From positions 434,001-498,000 of the forward strand of contig JAQGDQ010000139.1 in assembly GCA_030141605.1 (NCBI GenBank): a DNA stretch of 64,000 nt. The letters run 5' to 3'. Position 1 is the first letter of the stretch, and every line of letters starts with the position of its first letter. This document shows, piece by piece, positions 61,401 to 64,000 of this stretch. The translations under genes were made by a program, and so were the position numbers. This DNA comes from Tubiluchus corallicola. Its lineage: Eukaryota > Animalia > Priapulida. A model generated the notes under the pieces. That model saw only the letters and a list, made by a program, of their open reading frames with translations, ran no database searches and had not been told where the DNA came from.

Positions 61401-63292
61401 ATAAACTAATAACATTGTTCTCGTATTGAATATATTTTATATAGGTGAAGAATAAAATACTTATTTATTTACATACTTACTTACTTAGTAGCATGACTTA
61501 GCACATAAATGAATTTCATTCTGATTGTATCACATTTCAGCATATTTCTATTGCACTGTTTAATTAGAATTACAGTTGCGGTTTACTTTATTTAACATCG
61601 GTTTGCAATACAAAGAACATTAGTCTGTAAAAACTATTTTCCGACATAAATACAAAACCCTTGTATCCGGAATAGAAACAATACCTAATCAAGTATTCTT
61701 TAGGCTATAGTGATTTAATGTTTTTTAATTAGGTTGTGTTTTTATTGAAATTATGTGATGTTTCTTTTGAAACACCCATAGAACTGTGTTGGCATCTTTA
61801 TTCACTGTTGCTAGATTCTAATTTAATATAATATTGTACGCAGTTAAGTGTTTGTTAAGTGTATTTTCCTATCAGCAATGAGTAAACAAATTAATAAATA
61901 AACAAATAGATACATGCATAAATAAATAATATGCATGTCCTTAATTGACTAAAATGTAGGAGTTTCTTTACATACAAGAAAGAAACAGTCAATTATTTAC
62001 CTGTTTAGCTCTACCTAAACCTTTACTAGCTGAGCATGGTACAAGCATATCCCGGCCTACATCACAAAAGATAAGAGCAGAGCCTTTTATAGGTTCAATG
62101 TTGTATGTCGTTGCAATTTGAACTGCGGTGTCCAAGGCTTTTCTGTATTGATGCAGTAATGCAACTGAGTAGCTGAAATTCCTGTAATAATGAAAAATGT
62201 CAAATATATCCACATATTTCTCTGACCTAGATCTAGGTCTATAATTAGTAAAAGACTGGAAGAAAACAATAGCACTCAGTAGAGCACAGACCGGTCTGTC
62301 TGTCTCTTTTGAAGAAAATAATGAAAGAGAAAAACAGATCCAGCTCCACACTAAAAATTTGTGGATTCTTCCTTGTTACACATGCCAACTCCCTCCAGAA
62401 AATTTTGTGAAAACTGCTCAAGAAGTTTTTGCGCAATCCTGTCAACTAAAACACAAACAAAAATAAAACCAATAGAGATGATAACATAACGTCATTGGCA
62501 GAGGTAATGAACAAAGAAATTCAGCAGTGATTTACAGGAGATTTTTACAACAATCTAATAAAATTCTAAAATGCTGCAACCTTAGCCATCATTAGCTACA
62601 CATTTTTTTGCAATTAGCACTAAAATTTAGGAAATTAAATGGTTTGACACTATCACATTTGATAAATCATAATGCAAAATGAGAGATAATCATGAGATAT
62701 GTGTTTTTCCAAGTGTGAACAGCAAAACTGTATATGACTATTGTATATTTTGTATTCTGTTTCTAAATCATCCAAAGCAAGTTTTCAAGGTGAGTATTTA
62801 GTGTGCATAGTTAAACAATGCCATGCCTGGTCAGTAAACAGATGATTGCCTTCTTAGTACAATGCTCGTTGAGGACTATTTCATCTGCCATGCTAATTTT
62901 AGCTACTTCTCATGCTGAAAAAGATGTATTACATCTATATATGGCTAAGATGTACTACCAGAGCTCTCACCGTCTTATTATACTGAAATAGCTTTGATAA
63001 TAAGCCAGATTCTGGTCCTGTCATAACTGCCAAATAAATAAATAAGCTTGCTACTAAATACTCGAATATAGTTTCACAACACTAACTGTAAAAAATGCCT
63101 AACATGTCCATACATATACATATACATACGTAGACCAGTACTTCATTTTGGCTAAATGCTTCTGTTTTTGTTTTTCTCTGTAGGAAATCCTGCCGCGATG
63201 AGCTTTCATTCTATTGCTAGCTCTATGCGATAATATCTTTCTTTTACCACCTTTCAAAGGCACTTCAACAACTTGGCGCTTGGTTTGAAATG
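563..63292 (-). CDS. TEP1: Telomerase protein component 1 (vault protein), 5'-partial; 37 coding exons in window
   Basis: Manually spliced GT-AG exons with consistent phases total 6188 nt (~2062 codons incl. stop). Domain order: TROVE/vWA end ([13 protein letters not shown]; GILLGLMC), DUF4062 ([28 protein letters not shown]), NACHT (GKAGSGKSS; LVLFIDGLD), many WD40 repeats. This architecture is diagnostic of TEP1. Confidence 0.95.
1492..1602 (-). CDS. TEP1: TEP1 WD40 exon ([20 protein letters not shown])
   Basis: tgcag acceptor / GTATGT donor; WD motif. Confidence 0.9.
2527..2691 (-). CDS. TEP1: TEP1 WD40 exon ([21 protein letters not shown])
   Basis: tttcag acceptor / GTTAGA donor, 165 nt, phase 0-0; too short for the ORF track. 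Confidence 0.85.
4513..5967 (+). CDS. Nested intronless GalT/HIT-superfamily (HxHxQ) protein with N-terminal signal-anchor; uncharacterised
   Basis: Long ORF (ATG 4513 or Kozak-like ATG 4600). Hydrophobic [35 protein letters not shown] and [10 protein letters not shown] motifs. Candidate 5'UTR acceptor ttttcag at ~4325; AATAAA at 6135-6140. Confidence 0.85.
   Translation: MLQMFNQVQSSSASPPCTCAAGSKSSGSSMVRVRYHKRLIYMLCLCVASTITMLCYVVRFQKDGELVSSPGSITAVTPTYKNDYRYAADWYSSVCFNEINYEQFDVLGLVKRIENWKTSDNTYCIAVFNRFDSVYKVSLRRGTLYMPKQFRGKMFDWLGKKEDLFREMESQNIVHVYNKLTHDYTIFNPVRSKRPTSEPPSGQDARAKVDRLSEKTSHDCDFCNYLQMTAADSFGRVESEFSFSAANAFKLDAWHALFVPRQHHPLNIDDQLFLDLFMKTAMTWFEQVHSLHPEYQYPHMTWDNLPQAGASQIHPHVQGTLAMDQYYGTMENIRDAAQKYSELHPGRNYFTDLTEMHHGLGLAVTFGKAAALAHLTPRLKNEVIVICDKASEDFFRTVYFVIKALVDDMRELAFSAAIVLPPMGKNTIVNAMPAFARIATRGKEDVSDISAFEMFTLYNVNQNPGKVITKVKESIEKRGVPVRL
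6511..6655. repeat. Compound (GA)n/(CA)n microsatellite
   Basis: Visible directly; source of spurious ORFs 6447-6787. Confidence 0.95.
7070..10984. repeat. Large inverted repeat: arms 7070-8757 and 9297-10984 (1688 bp each), 539-bp spacer
   Basis: Arms are reverse complements with no net indel. Only three mismatches seen (8111/9943, 8131/9923, 8498/9556). The identical 68-aa ORF appears on opposite strands. Confidence 0.97.
14860..14980 (-). CDS. TEP1: TEP1 exon ([19 protein letters not shown])
   Basis: tttcag acceptor / GTAAGC donor; phase 2-0 fits neighbours. Confidence 0.75.
15701..15837 (-). CDS. TEP1: TEP1 exon ([26 protein letters not shown])
   Basis: ttttgcag acceptor / GTAAGT donor; phase 0-2. 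Confidence 0.75.
16061..16294. mobile_element. Possible solo LTR (TG...CA)
   Basis: Ends TGACGAAGA...TGTTCGTCA, internal AATAAA near the right end, GC-richer than flanks; no target-site duplication (TSD) seen. Confidence 0.3.
17308..19578. repeat. 45-bp minisatellite, ~50 copies (TTGATTTACTGAGGTGCACGCTATTCTTGGTCGACCACCTCTAGG)
   Basis: Direct tandem repeats without spacers; a degenerate orphan partial unit at ~19960-19995. Confidence 0.98.
21140..21406 (-). CDS. TEP1: TEP1 WD40 exon ([24 protein letters not shown])
   Basis: tgcag acceptor / GTGATC donor; WD repeats. Confidence 0.9.
22418..22602 (-). CDS. TEP1: TEP1 exon ([24 protein letters not shown])
   Basis: ttag acceptor / GTAAGG donor; phase 1-0. 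Confidence 0.88.
22978..23230. repeat. 39-bp minisatellite, ~6.5 copies (GCTACAGATAGTGTACAACTTGTACGACTCAAATCTCAT)
   Basis: Three near-identical copies followed by decaying copies. Confidence 0.92.
23576..23714 (-). CDS. TEP1: TEP1 WD40 exon ([25 protein letters not shown])
   Basis: ctcag acceptor / GTTAGT donor. Confidence 0.9.
24132..24239 (-). CDS. TEP1: TEP1 WD40 exon ([25 protein letters not shown])
   Basis: ctag acceptor / GTACTA donor; 108 nt. Confidence 0.9.
25208..25430 (-). CDS. TEP1: TEP1 WD40 exon ([22 protein letters not shown])
   Basis: ttccag acceptor / GTAGGT donor. Confidence 0.92.
26300..26556 (-). CDS. TEP1: TEP1 exon (..[12 protein letters not shown]..)
   Basis: gcacag acceptor / GTATGT donor; phase 0-2. 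Confidence 0.8.
26929..27095. mobile_element. MITE-like element with an internal degenerate (CCCTAA)n tract
   Basis: Imperfect inverted ends AGTTTACAATACCCCAC / GTGGGGAATAGTGAACT flanking ~100 bp of telomere-like hexamers. Confidence 0.55.
27471..27628 (-). CDS. TEP1: TEP1 exon ([20 protein letters not shown])
   Basis: ttctag acceptor / GTATTT donor; phase 1-0. Confidence 0.75.
28466..28616 (-). CDS. TEP1: TEP1 WD40 exon ([18 protein letters not shown])
   Basis: ttaag acceptor / GTTTGT donor. Confidence 0.88.
28955..29053 (-). CDS. TEP1: TEP1 WD40 exon ([23 protein letters not shown])
   Basis: ttag acceptor / GTAAGT donor; 99 nt. Confidence 0.9.
30412..30531 (-). CDS. TEP1: TEP1 WD40 exon ([18 protein letters not shown]..)
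   Basis: ttttag acceptor / GTATTG donor; 120 nt. Confidence 0.9.
30850..30958 (-). CDS. TEP1: TEP1 WD40 exon ([18 protein letters not shown])
   Basis: tgtag acceptor / GTAAGT donor. Confidence 0.9.
31172..31318 (-). CDS. TEP1: TEP1 WD40 exon ([23 protein letters not shown])
   Basis: tttcag acceptor / GTAATA donor. Confidence 0.9.
31738..32463. mobile_element. piggyBac-like non-autonomous element
   Basis: Terminal inverted repeats (TIRs) CTCGTTCAGGACCG / CGGTCCTGAAAGAG; flanked by TCAA (decayed TTAA) and TTAA. Confidence 0.6.
32674..32803 (-). CDS. TEP1: TEP1 WD40 exon ([22 protein letters not shown])
   Basis: ttttag acceptor / GTAAGA donor. Confidence 0.9.
33807..34063 (-). CDS. TEP1: TEP1 exon ([12 protein letters not shown]..first WD repeat)
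   Basis: taaag acceptor / GTAACT donor; phase 2-1. Confidence 0.88.
34088..34518. mobile_element. Decayed MITE-like element with TCAAACT sub-repeats
   Basis: Imperfect inverted ends (..TTTTTAAACTGTCAAACT / AGTTTGACAGAAAAAA..) and repeated TCAAACT near both ends. Confidence 0.4.
35000..35223 (-). CDS. TEP1: TEP1 exon ([23 protein letters not shown])
   Basis: ttttag acceptor / GTAAGT donor. Confidence 0.9.
35700..35892 (-). CDS. TEP1: TEP1 exon ([19 protein letters not shown])
   Basis: ttttcag acceptor / GTAAGG donor. Confidence 0.92.
36218..36316. repeat. (TA)n microsatellite
   Basis: Visible directly. Confidence 0.95.
36558..36753 (-). CDS. TEP1: TEP1 exon ([24 protein letters not shown])
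   Basis: tgaag acceptor / GTATTA donor; phase 1-2. Confidence 0.85.
37514..37646 (-). CDS. TEP1: TEP1 exon ([25 protein letters not shown])
   Basis: ttccag acceptor / GTAAGA donor. Confidence 0.92.
37878..37985 (+). mobile_element. Degenerate tRNA-derived SINE fragment
   Basis: TGGCTGAA A-box-like, GGAGGTCGTGGGTTTGAT B-box-like, then CCAAAAACTTTAAAAATTGTA core typical of invertebrate SINEs. Confidence 0.5.
38111..39113 (+). mobile_element. pogo/Tigger-type (Tc1/mariner) internally deleted transposon
   Basis: 26-bp TIRs CAGTAGGTGCCACTTAATAGACTCAC (23/26 match), TA on the right flank, residual C-terminal [11 protein letters not shown] at ~38797-38832. Confidence 0.8.
39143..39235 (-). CDS. 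TEP1: TEP1 exon ([31 protein letters not shown])
   Basis: aacag acceptor / GTGAAC donor; conserved PLFL..ACEELR. Confidence 0.93.
39760..39936 (-). CDS. TEP1: TEP1 NACHT exon (..[16 protein letters not shown])
   Basis: ttttag acceptor / GTAGGA donor. Confidence 0.93.
40823..40970 (-). CDS. TEP1: TEP1 NACHT exon with Walker B ([16 protein letters not shown])
   Basis: ttttag acceptor / GTATCT donor. Confidence 0.93.
42053..42228 (-). CDS. TEP1: TEP1 NACHT exon ([15 protein letters not shown])
   Basis: ttttag acceptor / GTATGA donor. Confidence 0.92.
42675..43394. mobile_element. Tigger/pogo-like MITE inserted in a (TA)n tract
   Basis: TIRs GAGTAAGTCCTCGTTTAATGAC / GTCGTTAAGCAAGGACTTATAG, TA at both ends. 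Confidence 0.7.
43519..43701 (-). CDS. TEP1: TEP1 NACHT exon with Walker A ([15 protein letters not shown])
   Basis: gacag acceptor / GTATTT donor. Confidence 0.95.
44279..44513 (-). CDS. TEP1: TEP1 exon ([26 protein letters not shown])
   Basis: ttttcag acceptor / GTAAGT donor; typical TEP1 motif; missed by the ORF track. Confidence 0.93.
44970..45212 (-). CDS. TEP1: TEP1 DUF4062 exon (LCLSEI..GERYGW..SVTELEM)
   Basis: tgtag acceptor / GTAAGT donor. Confidence 0.95.
45568..45744 (-). CDS. TEP1: TEP1 DUF4062 exon ([26 protein letters not shown])
   Basis: gacag acceptor / GTATAC donor. Confidence 0.95.
46367..46519 (-). CDS. TEP1: TEP1 exon ([18 protein letters not shown])
   Basis: tttcag acceptor / GTATGT donor. 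Confidence 0.9.
47114..47346 (-). CDS. TEP1: TEP1 vWA-like exon ([25 protein letters not shown])
   Basis: ttgcag acceptor / GTAATT donor. Confidence 0.92.
48851..49217. mobile_element. hAT-like MITE with TTCGAA subterminal repeats
   Basis: TIRs TAGGGGTGAGCA / TGCTCACCCCT(T)A; many TTCGAA/TCGAAT motifs; no clear TSD. Confidence 0.7.
49810..50049. mobile_element. Palindromic element made of two divergent tRNA-derived halves (one tRNA-Thr(TGT)-like pseudogene)
   Basis: Minus strand 49864-49930 has an anticodon stem TCTGC-TTTGTAA-GCAGA and GGTTCAAATCC B box; a mirror-image degenerate copy lies on plus; the flanks are also inverted. Confidence 0.65.
51400..51916 (+). promoter_or_regulatory. Putative promoter / non-coding first exon of the nested FN3 gene
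   Basis: Locally CpG-richer stretch ending in a CAAG|GTAACT donor at 51916/51917; the FN3 coding exon starts right after an acceptor and so needs an upstream exon (inference). Confidence 0.35.
54016..56311 (+). CDS. Nested single-fibronectin-type-III type I membrane protein, 411 aa; exons 54016-54332 and 55393-56311
   Basis: ttttcag acceptor before ATG; signal peptide; TG|GTAAGT..tttacag|G joins in frame. FN3 motifs ([29 protein letters not shown]), transmembrane [27 protein letters not shown], and a long Ser/Pro/Tyr-rich tail. Confidence 0.88.
54520..55075 (+). mobile_element. Decayed L2/CR1-type LINE reverse transcriptase remnant inside the FN3 gene intron
   Basis: Frameshifted traces of RT motifs: [11 protein letters not shown], (Y)ANDCQ (cf. 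YADDTQ), [19 protein letters not shown] (cf. WM..N.LKLN..KT). Confidence 0.6.
58651..58764 (-). CDS. TEP1: TEP1 exon ([22 protein letters not shown])
   Basis: ttttcag acceptor / GTAGGA donor; 114 nt, phase 0-0. Confidence 0.85.
58872..58940 (+). mobile_element. tRNA-derived SINE-like remnant
   Basis: AAGGTTCTGGGTTCCAATCCCAG B-box/T-arm-like; no intact cloverleaf. A similar B box lies on minus at ~63851-63881. Confidence 0.45.
59835..59987 (-). CDS. TEP1: TEP1 exon ([24 protein letters not shown])
   Basis: tttag acceptor / GTTTGT donor; 153 nt. Confidence 0.92.
62001..62181 (-). CDS. TEP1: TEP1 TROVE-end exon ([26 protein letters not shown])
   Basis: ttacag acceptor / GTAAAT donor. Confidence 0.93.
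63130..63292 (-). CDS. TEP1: Probable TEP1 exon, basic insert ([21 protein letters not shown])
   Basis: ttgcag acceptor; phase-2 donor joins the next exon in frame; exact donor uncertain. Confidence 0.65.
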
Positions 63293-64000
63293 CTGCAATT
63301 GAAAACAAAAGTGCAAGTATTTTGAAGAAAAACGTAAAAAAACATAAGCCAAGAGCTGGAAACACCTAACTTTTGTTATCAGGAATCAATTAGGTCTAGT
63401 CATGTCTGAAATTTCAATTTGTCATAGAACGAGTTTCATCTTAACAAATTCATATCGGTTCCAACATTATTTAGCGAAGCATCATAATAGTCCGTCAGAA
63501 GTGGTGCTGACAAAAAAACAGCACAGCAATGTCTAGTTGTTTGCTGGATTAATTGTTGCATTTGCCTGTCTCGAGGGCAGACTTTTTTTATTTTAGAATC
63601 CTGTCTGCCAAATGTCTGTAATAGACATAACAGGCACATGCTGCTGCTGATGATGGTGACGATGATCACTTTGAGGCAAGTTTAAATGAGCCTAAACAGA
63701 TTAACCAGCAAAAATGTGAACTAAATAAAGCTATTAACTGACTAATTATTATAACCTTAATGTCGAGATTATTATTAATGGTAATACTAACCCACAAATA
63801 ATTAAATTTTGATGCAAGAGTGAAAGACAGGAAATGTGGAAAAGCTCGAATACAGGCTAGATTTGAACCACGGACCTTTACATATTCAAATGCACACATT
63901 TGAAATAATTTAATTACTTGTAAGATCAGCAGCCAGCAGAATCTTGCAGCTGTTTCTAATGGTAAAGAACTCATAATAACTACTTTAAACCTCAATAGCT

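Noticed and set aside
62245-63030. Extra TEP1 exons at ~62971-63026 and ~62245-62445
   Set aside because: Splice-like signals exist, but the phases or stops do not fit between exons 63130 and 62181, which join directly in frame.

Overview
AT-rich invertebrate-animal genomic DNA with spliceosomal GT-AG introns. There are no prokaryotic features. The window is almost entirely the 3' part of a TEP1 gene (telomerase protein component 1 / minor vault protein) on the minus strand. I traced 37 phase-compatible coding exons by hand from ~63292 down to the stop at 563 (~2,060 codons: end of the TROVE/vWA region, DUF4062, NACHT NTPase, WD40 propellers). The start lies beyond the window. Two large TEP1 introns each host an antisense nested gene. 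One is a single-coding-exon, membrane-anchored GalT/HIT-fold enzyme (4513-5967). The other is a two-coding-exon single-FN3 type I receptor with a motif-rich tail (54016-56311). Introns also carry a near-perfect 1,688-bp inverted duplication (7070-10984), a ~50-copy 45-bp minisatellite, a 39-bp minisatellite, a head-to-head tRNA-derived palindrome, several non-autonomous DNA transposons, SINE/LINE remnants and microsatellites. All coordinates were read by eye and no database searches were run.
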